64,000 nt of DNA from Octopus vulgaris (lineage: Eukaryota). Positions 1 through 12,170 of this stretch are shown here, piece by piece (within the stretch, counting starts at the first letter, position 1; every line of letters starts with the position of its first letter). The translations under genes and the position numbers were made by a program. The stretch lies in NCBI GenBank assembly GCA_951406725.2, contig OX597820.1, forward strand, positions 39,928,001 to 39,992,000, read 5' to 3'. The notes under the pieces are model-generated. The model had not been told where the DNA came from, ran no database searches, and saw only the letters and a program-made list of their open reading frames with translations.

Positions 1-352
1 GAGACCTAGAACCATGCGGGTTGCCAGCTTCTGGACGGTGTTCCCATCTATTCTTGTCAGAGTGTTGCACTCTTACCACAACAGCTACTGATACACTTCT
101 ATGCTTTTTAGCACTACATGTGTATTTGAGACTCTTATTCATGGCGAATGCTGCAGTTTGTGGCTTTCGGTATGTGTATACACGTTACGCAAGACATACG
201 GAACAATATTCTGTACCAGTACTGCTTCCATCCAAACAACGGTTATATATCTGACTGAAACAAGTGAAAGAACAAAATAATAAAAGAATAAAAGAACACA
301 CGCACACACACACAAAAATATATATATATGTATGTATGTATATATGCATGTA

Positions 353-383
<31 letters not shown>

Positions 384-599
384 GCTTGTAAGTGTATTTC
401 TTTAGCTTATATATAAATGAACACTTTTAAGCGCATATCTATAGCACTGCGAGTTACGATGTTTCGTAAATGAATACATGTTAGCAGCGTACTGCTAATA
501 CAAGATAAGACACAAACATTAATTTATAAACCTTTAATATACTTGGTAGTATAGTATCGTTGCAAAATGAATGAGTGTTTCCTTGCCAGCATTGACATA

Positions 600-1936
600 C
601 AGGGTTTGACAAATGGTTTTAGACACATGAGAAATTTTATTTCAAGAAAGTTTATTTAATGGAATTACTTAGATGTATGTATTTGTGAATTTTAAATTGT
701 CTGAAAGTAAGGTGTTTGTTTTAATATTTTCTGTACTGCGAGCACTTTTTACATATTTTGATATAAATTACGTGACATCAGTTTTTCGGATATAACAGAA
801 ATCTTTATGCTAACTTTCTAGTGCAAAGGCAGCACGCAGATGTCCAATAAGTATTATCTTTCAGAATAGCTTTCTTGAGAAAAAAGTTTGTTTGTAAGAA
901 GGGAGAAAACGGCCTGAACCTGAGAAAAATAGGTGTTTCTTTGAAGATTTTGAAGCCTGCAGTGGAATACATGTTAACGAATGATTATAACCGGAAGAAG
1001 AAAAAAGAGGAAGGAAAAAGGCGAACGAGCAGTGAACGAGAAACGTGAAATAGGTGTAAATATTCGAACAGTTCAAAGAACTGAAAGAAATTGGATACAA
1101 GTACGGAAAGACGAAAAGGAACATTCTTTTAAGCTAAAAACGTGAGGCAAATTTAGGCTGCACAAAAGTATGGTCAATTACTTCTGTTGATTGACTAAAG
1201 AAATTTTTTCCTGACACGAAGCAATTTAAGTTCGATGGACCCGACTGCTGGTGCTGTTGGTCAAAAAAAGTTTTACTGAACAATACGGTCGGGTGGGTGG
1301 AGTAATGGTATGGGGCATGTTTTTCCAACTGGGTATTTTTGTTAGAAAAGAAGGCAGAACTGTTATATCTTAATATATTAAAGAAAAAGAAGAAATTGTA
1401 GATACATTTATCTTCCAGCAGGAAAACGGCCACATTTATGTGGCGAAAACAGTTAAGCAATGGATGCGGGACGTGAAAATAAGTCTACTGGAATGGCAGG
1501 TGAGAAGTCCAGAGTTGAACTCAACTGAAAATACGAGTAATGTGGGCACAGCTGGTGTATGACGGATCAGAAGTGACAAGTAAGGCAGACTTATGGAAAC
1601 GGGTTTTAGGAACTAAAAGAAAACGGACAGAAGCGAAAAGTGATGTTATAATGAACGTGTTTCTCCAGTACAAAGAACGAATAGTGCAATTAATCGGAAA
1701 GAAAGGCGTCTATATGGACTATTTAAGCCGAGCGGTACTGTCTGAAAAATATTGTCACATAATATTAATAGAATTTTCTTTAGATATTACTTACATTTTC
1801 ATATACACGACCAAGGAGTGTAATTACAACAGGAATATTATGCACATTTCTAGATTGTTTTAGTTTAAATGTTTGTTTATTACTGTGTTTATAAGCACTA
1901 CATCTTTGTTGTTCGAAAAAACTTGTCGACACTCTG
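600..1936 (+). mobile_element. Decayed Tc1/Tc3-like (Tc1/mariner) DNA transposon
   Basis: TA on both sides (598-599, 1937-1938). Degenerate TIRs CAGGGTTTGACAAA vs (rc) CAGAGTGTCGACAAG. Internal transposase remnant. Confidence 0.8.
860..1735 (+). pseudogene. Tc1-family DDE transposase pseudogene
   Basis: Motifs across frameshifts: FPDTKQFKFDGPD (~1207-1245; cf. FSDEKKFNLDGPD), GVMVW (~1299-1313), FQQENGHI (cf. FQQDNAPIH), LEWQVRSPELNSTEN (cf. WPARSPDLNPIEN). Start is approximate. Confidence 0.8.
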
Positions 1937-2394
1937 TATATAAATTTATATGTATATATACATATAGCATTTAATTTGCAGAATATAAAGTCTAGAGCTA
2001 CTAATAGTTTCTGACTAGGCAGTTTTTTATAACAAGCCTTGTGCCTTCAAACAATATAATGGCTCTGAGCACATAGTCTGTTCTATTTGAAAACGGGACA
2101 CTAGTACATGAGAAATCACGTGAAGAAACAAACGAGAGGGGATGAGAAGGTTGATGCAATAAAAGGAAGTGTGAATAAAAATGGAAAAAGAAAATTGTTG
2201 CTCTTGTACCAATTGCAGAAAGAAAAATAAATGTAACAATAGTGATTGATCGTATTGAACTAAGTTTGACGTGCGACGAAATAAGTAGAGTTCTGCATTC
2301 AATTACTTTACAATAGGCTAGCAATTTATTTCGTTTTATCTACTTGGTTTGCATGGTTCTTGGTGTGAATCCACATGCTGAAGCAAATATTTTG

Positions 2395-2720
2395 TGTTTT
2401 GGGGGGATCATTACGCCGATGATAATAAGCACACTTACTGGTTGAATATCACTTCTTTATCATAAGTCAATCAGTTGACTTATAACCAAGTAACTAATCG
2501 ATCAAAGAGAAAGGGCGAGTTATTAATGAGATCGGGAATAATGACGAAATGACTTTGACAACATGACAAACAATTGACTGTTTAGCCACTATATTAAGCG
2601 AACGATCGATTAGTTAGTTGGTTACATGTTTAGCCGATTGATTAACAATAAGGAAGTGACATTGAGTCCGCGAGTGTGATTATTTTTATTATTGGCGTTA
2701 TGACCTTCCCACAACTAAGC
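2395..2720. mobile_element. Foldback/MITE-like element with ~110-bp degenerate inverted arms
   Basis: 2395-2503 is the diverged reverse complement of 2604-2720. TAACCAAGTAACTAATCGATC vs rc TAACCAACTAACTAATCGATC, and GATCATTACGCCGAT vs rc GGTCATAACGCCAAT. Confidence 0.7.
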
Positions 2721-3509
2721 AATATATTACAAATAACTGATGTATCCTACATTGATGCTACACTTCAAATACGTTCCGGAATGGTATATTGCTAGTAATT
2801 ATTTTATTCTTCTGATAGATATATATATTTTTTTAGTCATTCTGTTGATGGACGAAACTAAATATAGGTAGATATTTAGGCCGGTGCGTCACTAACTCTC
2901 TTATTCCTGTCACGTATAATAGATAAAAATACAAAAAGATGGATATAAAAAAAAAAGAAGCGTCAACGTTCAAATTTCAGTTTCCCATAATATCTTGAGA
3001 AAATAATGTGCTTAGATATTGTAATAGAGTTTGTAACAAGAGAGGAGACAGAGAGATAGGCAGAACGAGAGAGGAGAGAGAAGGTGTAAGAGTTAAGGGA
3101 AATGTAAAGAAAGAATAAATAAGTATAAGCAAAGAAAAATAGATCAAATGTGTTTGGTTATGAAAGATTGATGATATTTTCTCTCTTCATACCTCATTTT
3201 CACCAAATGTTTTATTCCACTTATGTATGAGATGGTTCAGTGTTTGTTTATGTCGTGTGTGTATATGTATGCATGTGTGTGTGTGTGACTGTGTTTATGC
3301 GTGTCTATCTGTCTATGAGTGTGTGTCTGCTGTACTTCGGTGTTTGCTATTTTATTTGAGCTTTTTTACGTCTGTGCGTAACAGAAATACAGAGAGACAT
3401 TGATTAGTGTATAAAATGATACGGAAATATATATCAACTGAGAGAACGGAAGATACATAGTGAAGTGTGTTAGACATAAATACTTCAATAAAAAATACAT
3501 ACGAGTGTA

Positions 3510-3573
3510 TATAGATGTATGTGTACACACACATATATATATATATATATATACATATGTATTTATATATCTA

Positions 3574-3627
<54 letters not shown>

Positions 3628-3762
3628 AAGATATATATATATATATATATATATACGTATATATGTATATCTATATACATATACTTATATATACATATAT
3701 ATACATATACATATATACATATATATATACATATATACATATATAGACATATATACATACTA

Positions 3763-3816
<54 letters not shown>

Positions 3817-3845
3817 TCATACGTACACACACACACGTATGTACG
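3510..3845. repeat. Compound (TA)n/(GA)n/(CATATA)n microsatellite
   Basis: Directly visible simple repeats. Confidence 0.95.
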
Positions 3846-3953
3846 TATGTATTAGTTCGAAAGTCCTGTCGCATTATAGACATAATCAATTTGAGGGTAA
3901 GATTTCAATAATAACGGCCAAAATGGGCATTAATTTTTTGCATTAATTTTTAC

Positions 3954-3984
<31 letters not shown>

Positions 3985-6876
3985 CTAGTTTCAGCTTATG
4001 AGCTGTGGCCATGCTGGGGCACCGCCATTTGGTGTTGCTACTTGGTTTCACTTCATGGAGGCTTTCTAGCAACTGCTATTTGGTGCATGAGAGAGTTCGA
4101 TGCAGCTGCCCTCATCTGCCCCTCCTGCCGTGAAGTTGGTTCATCTGGGATACCTGACAGGAAGAGATCCAGCTCCATTTTAAAGACATCTGTATCCACC
4201 CCATGCAGGTCTCTCAGGTTCTTCGGGAGGATATTGAAGAGCTGTGGGCCTCGGAAGCCCAGGCTATCACAGAATCTTGTCCTACATCTTGATGGCAGGT
4301 TTGGAGTCCTAGGCACCACGCAGTGGCGCTCAGTTCTGGCATTTGCGTAACTCTCGATGCCAAAGTTCAGGACACTTCCCTCCAGGATCTTCCAGATGTA
4401 TATTATGGCATATCTTTCCCGCCTACGCTCCAGGGAATATAATTTTAATCTCTTGAGTCTTTCCCAGTAGCTTACATTCTGCATAGAGGCTATCTTCTTT
4501 GTGTAGCTTCGTTGGATCGCCTCAAGTTCTGTGATCAACTTGACACTGGATGGTGACCATAGCTGAGAGCAATAGTCAAAGTGGCTTAGGACAAGTGTCT
4601 TCCAGAGGACCATCATGGTTTCTTGTTCTCTTGTTCTAAAGGTTCTAAGAATCCAGCCAGCCAGCCGTCTACATTTCATTGTCAGTTTAGCAACATGTAC
4701 ATGAAAGGTCGCGTCATCACTCATGTGAATACCCAGGTCACGCACTGATTGTGCCTCTGGGATTGCAATCCCTCCGGGTCCAGTGTATTCATTGGGTATT
4801 GCATTCAGTTTTGCATGCTGATAGTATAAAGCTTGAAACTTTCCAGCATTGAACTGCATGCTATTCTTTTCAGCCCACTTGTATATTTCGTCCAGCTCAC
4901 ATTGCAGGTGTTTAGTGTCCTCAGGGTTCTGTATTGCCTGTGAAACTTTTGTATCATCTGCATAACTTGTGATCGTGGCTCTCTGCGTGGCTGAGGGCAT
5001 GTCTGAGAGGGCCATTATGAACAGTAGTGGTCCCAGAACAGTGCCCTGCGGAACACTGCTCACTATTTGTGTGTTAATGGAAGTGGTCCCATTGGCTACT
5101 ACCACCTGACTTCTATCCTTCAGAAAGTCATGAAGCCATTCTCCCAGTTTTCCAACTATGTTGAGATCACGCAGTTTGTGACATATCATTCCATGATCGA
5201 CTTTATCAAAGGCCTTTGCAAAGTCGAGATATATGACTTCCACATTTGAGTGGTTGAGCAGCCGTTTCAGCACCCAGTCATAGTGTTGTAGGAGCTGAGT
5301 TAAACAGCTTCTCCCTGGTCGGAAACCATGTTGGGTGTCGGGCAGCAAGTCATTCTCTTCAAGGAAGCTGATCAGCTTCCTTCTGACTATTCGTTCCATG
5401 ACCTTGCTGATGTGTGAGGTCAGAGAGATAGGTCTATTGTTCTTGGCTTCCGCTCTGCTACCTCCTTTATGAATGGGGCATATTTTACCTTCCTTCAGTT
5501 TTCCTGGAAGTTTGCCAGCTGCAAGGAAGCTCTGAAAGAGGAACTGCAGTGGTCTTGCTAGGACTCTCTTACATGCTTTTAGGAGGATTGCCGGGAATCC
5601 ATCGGGGCCAGTAGTGAGTCTGTTTTCATTTCATCTATAGCCTTGGTTACATCGTCTTCCTTTATATCGATGTAATCTATCGTCGCCGCCTCTGATTTTA
5701 TATCTGCAGTGGTAAAAAAGTCAGTTGGATTGGTGATTTGGAGATGCCCAAGGGGTGGAGTGAAAACACTCTTGAATTGCTCATTCAGTATTTCACTTAC
5801 CCTCATTGGTTTTCTTGTAAGTGTGCCATCCTTTTCGAGGAGTGGCCCTATTCTACAGTGCACTGTAGCTGTTTCTTTGGCATACCTGTAGAAAGCTCTG
5901 GGGTTAGATTTTATGTTTTCTATAGCCCAGGCTTCTTTGTCTGCTCTTTCTTTTTCATGGGAGAGTTGCAGACATTTTTCGATTTCCAACAGTTTTATTT
6001 TTAGGCGGGACTTTTCACTGCTTTCAATCTGTTTGTTTAGGCGATTTGAAAATTTCGTACGCCGTCTCATTAAGATTTTCCTCTCTCTGAGGATTTTGTT
6101 CTTGTGTACAGTGGCCTTTCTCTCTGGGACACATTTGTAGCATATGGCTTGCATTAAAGACATGAATTGTTGAAGTTTCACGTCGATGTCTGGCGAGGAG
6201 AGACATTTAGGCCAGTTTTGTTTGAGGATCTCTTTCTCAATTTGTTTCCAGTTTGCCTTATGGTAGTTCAAGCTGGAAAGATTTTGAGGGTTTCTTGTAG
6301 GCTGCATGTCCGTGCTCTCTTTTGGCCCGTACATGGTCAGCTCTATCATGTTGTGATCCGAGAGTAGTGTCGGTGTCACTTTCACATTATGGATGAGATC
6401 CATGTCATTTGTGAAGCAGAGATCCAGTGTGTTACCTGCCCTGGTTGGTTGGAGTATTACCTGCTCCATGTACAGGGTGTTGATGAGGTTCAGGAGGGAC
6501 CTCGCCTGTCCTCGTTCACATCTTGTCATTCCTGGGAGAGAAAGGCCCTCGGGCCATCTGACATTGGGCAGATTGAAGTCTCCCATAAGAAGCACACCTA
6601 TGTGTTGTTCTAATGTGGTTAGAATTTCTTCTATTTTTATAAGGCAGTCTTCAAACTTGCCCACATGGCTTGGGGCATCTGGAGGGCGATATGTAGCACA
6701 CACAACTACATCAAGTTGCCTAATATGTACAATTAGTGTGTCACACACCGAGTTTGAGTATGACAAGGGGACCTGGGGTGTGAGGTCCTCACGGATGTAC
6801 ATAGCAACACCTCCATGACTCCTTTCTTTCCTGTCGGTCCGTAGTACAGCATACTGTGGTATGTGTAACTCCGCAT
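3954..6876 (-). mobile_element. CR1-type LINE, 5'-truncated, with (AATC)n 3' tail
   Basis: APE endonuclease plus RT coding region, short 3' UTR with hairpin, and (GATT)n at 3954-3984. Confidence 0.92.
4053..6876 (-). pseudogene. LINE ORF2 (APE endonuclease + reverse transcriptase), one frameshift near 5614
   Basis: APE motifs GGVAMYIR, YRPP, LMGDFN, TLDLCFT, SDH. RT motifs NRPISLTS, QHGFR, YLDFAKAFDKVDH, VPQGTVLGPLLF, YADD, RDLG. CR1-like C-terminus YWERLKRLKLYSLERRRER. Confidence 0.92.
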
Positions 6877-7145
6877 ATTACAATGTTTTTTTTTTGTTTT
6901 TTTTCTTTGCAGGGTAATTTATACAAAAGTAGGTTAATTCCTATCGGTTTATCCATATGAAGCCCTTCAAGCTGAAAGGGGACGCTTCAGGAATGGAAAC
7001 GACAAAAATATTCGTTTGTCTATGGAAAAGAAGTTACAAGTGTTTGGACATGTCAACAATGTTTTGGTCAGTTTCGTTCGAGAAATATTTCCCAAGCAGC
7101 TCCTCCTCGCTCTGGACAATCAAGTTCTATCAACACTATCACCGT

Positions 7146-7196
<51 letters not shown>

Positions 7197-7199
7197 ACA

Positions 7200-7622
7200 T
7201 ACCGGAGTATGCACATAAATGTGAAACAAAGTGGAAAAAAGAGTACTCAAATACCAGAAGTAGAGTAATATGCTTTATTTGAAAGCAGCAGAAGTATAAC
7301 AAAAGCTGTTACTCAGAGTTTCACGTTCCAGTTCATCGGACTGTTTTGTTAAAATAGAACAGAAATAACGATATGATCAAAACTAGTTAAAGGATACACC
7401 TTTAAAAATGGATTTGTTTCATTGGTCCTTTCAAATAACGGTCTTAAGCATGCAATGAACAAAATGAACAAAATAAACGTATTCAATATAAATTTATCCT
7501 ATTATAAAAATCGAGGAAAAACCTTAAATCGAAGGGGGCGGATTCAAACTTCTGTCTTGCCGAACGGGAACGTGAAACTCTGAGTTACAACTTTTGTTAT
7601 ATTTCTGCTGCTTTTAAATAAA

Positions 7623-7626
<4 letters not shown>
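7200..7626. mobile_element. Penelope-like terminal repeat in inverted configuration
   Basis: 7269-7335 is the reverse complement of ~7560-7626. Contains a degenerate HHR and is flanked by (TA)n. Confidence 0.55.
7297..7351 (-). ncRNA. Degenerate minimal type I hammerhead ribozyme motif
   Basis: TAACAAAACAGT-CCGATGA-ACTGGAACGT-GAAA-CTCTGAG-TA-ACAGCTTTTGTTA (U4C core variant). Confidence 0.45.
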
Positions 7627-7682
<56 letters not shown>

Positions 7683-7782
7683 TTATACATATATATATAT
7701 ATACATACATATATATATATACATATACATATATATATACATATATATACATATATACATATATATACATATATACATATAT

Positions 7783-7842
<60 letters not shown>

Positions 7843-8092
7843 GTATATATATGTATATATATATATATGTATATATATATGTATATATATATACATGTAT
7901 ATATATATACATATATGTATATATGTATATATATATATGTATATATATATACATATATATATATATACATATATATATGTATATATGTATATATATGTAT
8001 ATATGTATATATATGTATATATGTATATATATGTATATATATATGTATATGTATATATATATATGTATGTATATATATATATATATGTATAA

Positions 8093-8148
<56 letters not shown>

Positions 8149-8170
8149 GTATATATATATTCATATATAG
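7625..8170. repeat. Long (TA)n/(TATG)/(CATA) microsatellite block
   Basis: Directly visible. Confidence 0.95.
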
Positions 8171-8604
8171 ATGTCCCGATGCTCCCTCAACTGACCACCT
8201 ATTCATTTTTAGTAATGTATAAATAAGCTGACTCAACTAAATTTGAAGTAAGGATAGATGTGGCTGAATGTATCAAACACAGTGTACCTTTATCATATTT
8301 CTGAAACATAGTAGAGGTGACATTTAGTTAGAATACTGGGACATTGAATTTCATGTGCAGTTAATTTGGCGGTCTTCCAGATTGCTTCTGCCAATTCAAT
8401 CTCTCTCGGGTGGCTTGGCTCGACGCGAAGCTATAGCAAATGACACCCAAGACAGCATGCATTGAAATGTCACCCAAGTCCTCATAAAAATAAAGTGATA
8501 TTTTTAACTATTCTGACATGGAGATATACATCTAATGTAAACGCAAGGAACAGAAAATAAACCAAGGCAACAACAAAATAAAAAGTTTTAAAAAATAAGG
8601 GGAA

Positions 8605-8870
8605 AGCATATCTCTGACTCATGAGATAGATGTATTTTTGCGAGATAGACATTCAAAATAACATATATGCATACGTTTCGTAAGTTTGAAATCTACAATG
8701 GCGAATTCGATGGAATTAAATCCAGGCAATCACAAAATAAAAAGAAATATTTCTTTCTAATACTTGACATAGATATATTTTTGTGAGATAGACATGCAAA
8801 ATAACATGTATCTATTTACATCAATTGCAGGATATCTGCAATGACGAATTCACTATAATGGGATCCATCT
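8605..8870. repeat. Diverged tandem duplication (~145-bp unit)
   Basis: ATAGAT.TATTTTTG.GAGATAGACAT.CAAAATAACAT...ATCT.CAATG.CGAATTC occurs twice. Confidence 0.6.
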
Positions 8871-9069
8871 GTGCAACTTGTCAGAAATCGGAACGCAAAT
8901 ACATTTTGGGTTGGATTTGCACTGAATTTATTAGTGATGTATCTGGCTAATATTTACTGATGCAGCTCGTATTCAGCGAGACAATTTTTTTATATCAGAA
9001 ACATCTACAAATGATATTTCGAAATTGAGCAAATGTATATGTGTGTGTGCGCGTGCACGTTCTTGTATA

Positions 9070-9235
9070 TATATAATCCAAATAAGTAACAGGATATCAA
9101 GAAGTGATGCAGTACGACCGTTTCAAGCGCCTCCATTTAATTGAACAATACAATCATTACATCAATTTAAATGCAGGGCTATCATCTGCTGCACAAATAA
9201 AGGGAATTTTAATCAGTTGGACACATTATATAATT
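9070..9235 (-). mobile_element. Penelope-like terminal repeat fragment containing an HHR motif (9108-9193)
   Basis: Reverse complement of 38040-38205. TGCAG-CAGATGA-long stem II-GAAAC-GGTC-GTA-CTGCA. Confidence 0.7.
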
Positions 9236-9344
9236 TTTCTCAAATACTTTAATAGAACAAAAAGATGGAAGGAATCCATGTTGTCGCTATTGTAGCTTGA
9301 AACGTAGCTAGTATTGTAGCTTGTATATATATATACAAGGAATA

Positions 9345-9420
9345 AGTCTTGTGGTCGATTTGCTCGACTAAAGTCGGTGCTCCAGCATGATCGCAGTCAA
9401 ACGACTGAAACAAATAGAAG
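9345..9420 (+). mobile_element. SINE family A, 3' tail fragment
   Basis: GTCGATTTGCTCGACTAAAG..GGTGCTCCAGCATG..CAGTCAAACGACTGAAAC. Confidence 0.8.
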
Positions 9421-9699
9421 AAAAGGAGCAAATGAATATCAAAATATTCACTGTCATGTAGCGAGACGAATTTGAGGCAATGACCTAGGCTACATCGGTC
9501 CCGCGCGAATTTTAATGCTCTCTCATATTCTCCTATGCGTAGCTAACATAATGGTATTCATAAATACATAGGCTCACTCACCTATACATGCATAGAAAGC
9601 TCTGTATTTTGAATGTAAATGTTGGGCACTAATGTACACAATTAGTTCTCGTGCAAATTTCTCGGTTGTGTAAAAAAGAAAAAAAGAATAAAGTATGAT

Positions 9700-10092
9700 G
9701 CGTAGGTAAGTAGCTTGTTTACCAACCACATAGTTCAGTGTTCAGTCCCACTACGTGACACCTTGGGCAAGTGTCTTCTACTATAGCCTCGGACCGACCA
9801 TAGCCTTGTGAGTGGATTTGGTAGACTGAAACTGAAAGAAGCCCGTCGTATATATGTATATATGTGTGTGTATGTATTTGTGTGTCTGTGTTTATCCTCC
9901 CAACATCGCTTGACAACCGATGCTGGTATGTTTGCGTCCCCGTAACTTAGAAGTTCGGCAAAAGAGACCGATAGAATAAGCACTAGGCTTACAAAGAATA
10001 AGTCCTGGGGCCGATTTGCTCGACTAACGGTGGTGCTCCAGCATGGCCACAGTCAAATGACTGAAACAAGTAAAAGAGTAAAAAAGTAAAGA
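9700..10092 (+). mobile_element. SINE family A (tRNA-derived head, CORE-like CCTTGGGCAAG, internal microsatellite, LINE-like tail)
   Basis: Matches the many other copies in the window. B-box-like GTTCAGTCC. Confidence 0.88.
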
Positions 10093-10371
10093 GTATGATG
10101 TTACGTAAAGTTTACAATGATTGTACTGAAGACAGTTTTCGGAGAAAGCCTCTTATAAAGTATACTCTTTGTTAACTCCTTAACATCTCTTTTACTTCAG
10201 ATGGGATGACTATTGTTAGTGGCTCGTCCTCAAGAAGTAAACATTAAATATGAAACAAAATCGGAGACATAATCCATCTATAATATCATACTGCGACTAT
10301 ATTTCTAAGTTGATAATAATCAGTATGCTGCACATCCTTATTGGTATATATATATATATATATATATATAT

Positions 10372-10530
10372 ACGACGGGCTTCTTCAGTTTCTGTCTGCC
10401 AAATCCACTCACGAGGCTTTGGTCGGCCCGAGGATATAGTAAAAGACACTTGCCCTAAGCAGCCACGCAGGGGGACTGAACCTAGAACAATGTGGTTGGT
10501 AAGCAAGCTACTTACCACACAGCCACACCA
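10372..10530 (-). mobile_element. SINE family A, 5' half
   Basis: Reverse complement of 9700-9850. Confidence 0.85.
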
Positions 10531-10639
10531 AGCGTACTTTCTCTCGCCCTCTTTGTTTCTCTCTCTCCCTCTGTTGCCGTCTCTCTCTCGCTCTTTCTCT
10601 TCACGCATATAAGAAAAGATACATATAGTTTAAGTGTAT

Positions 10640-11060
10640 ATTATTTCTTTACTGCCCACAAGGGGCTACACACAGAGCGGGCAAACCAGGACACACAAAC
10701 GGATTAAGTCGATTATATCGACCCCAGTGCATAACGGGTACTTATTCAATCGACCCCGAAAGGATGAAAGGCAAAGTCGACCTCGGCGGAATTTGAACTC
10801 AGAACGTAGCGGCAGACGAAATACCTATTGTTTTTACTACGCACAAGGGGCTAAACACAGAGGGGACAAACAAGAACATACAAATGGATTAAGTCGTCTA
10901 TATCGACCCCAGTGCGTAACTGGTACTTATTTAATCGACCCCGAAAGAACGAAAGGCAAAGTCGACCTCGGCGGAATTTGAACTCAGAACGTAGCGGCAG
11001 ACGAAATACCGCTAAGCATTTCGCCCAGCAGTGCTAGTGTTTCTACCATCTCACCGCCTT
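10640..11060 (-). mobile_element. SINE family B, tandem dimer
   Basis: tRNA-like head with B box GAGTTCAAATTCC. Body repeated twice. Confidence 0.88.
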
Positions 11061-11564
11061 CATATAGTTTAAGTGTATATGATATACTAGTAGTTTCACT
11101 GTGTCTCCAGAGAAAAGTTGATTTTCAACATCATTATTCTATTTCCAACCGAAAGCGGGGCTTTTGCAATTCGAGAAATGTAATCTTGTTTCTCGTCGTG
11201 GTAAATTATCTGCACATTACTTCATCTAAATCTTTCTAGTATTTTGTGTAACAAGAGAGAGTCTAGCGAAAAACGCACATTTATCGCATACGTACTGATA
11301 TATAAAAATGCGAGCACGCCATACATCTTATATATTTATATGCATGCATGAAACAAGACATACATAAGCGTGTGTTTACCTACATGCAGGTAAACACACA
11401 CAGGCATACACGCGCAGGCATTTATAAATAGACATACACACACCTGTACGCGGAGCATGTGACAGTCAATCCACATACACAAACGCAAATGATTTATATA
11501 CAAGCAAATATATATCTGCAGATACATGCATATATACATAAATATCTATCTATCTATCCTTATC

Positions 11565-11700
<136 letters not shown>

Positions 11701-11704
11701 AAAA

Positions 11705-12170
11705 TAAAAAATGGGACAAGAACGCAAAATAACCGGACAACTAGGTGATACAAAACTGCACAACAAAACATCCAGATAGACGATACAAACAAACGGGTCA
11801 TTCGAAGCCTTTTATCTGCAGTCAAGGACCGGATCATCCTCGCAATTTCGGCTGATTAATCTTGAGATTGCTCCAATCTGGCCAGCCCCAAGGAAAAACT
11901 AAGCTAAGAACATTAGAGTCCTTGGAAAAAAACATCGAATGTATACGAAACAAGGACGGAAAAACAGACAATGTTACACGGATATAAATACAAAATACAA
12001 TAAAAACAATAATAATAATAACACGACATAACAATAGGTGTCTTTCGACTGGGACCGAATTGAATTCAGCGTGTATGGAAATGAAGTCTTACGGCAGAGG
12101 GAAGACTATCGATGTGGCAATGACCACGATCAAACGCAAAAGGGCTAGCAGTCGGCCAACGGTCTCGTGA
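11705..12170 (-). repeat. Interspersed repeat family E (unclassified)
   Basis: Core CCGGATCATCCTCGCAATTTCGGCTGATTAATCTTGAGAT shared with copies at 12470, 44400, 46900 and 50025. Confidence 0.8.

Noticed and set aside
3366-8236. Long YI/IY/CV/TH-rich ORFs here and throughout the window
   Set aside because: Translations of stop-free microsatellites, not genes.
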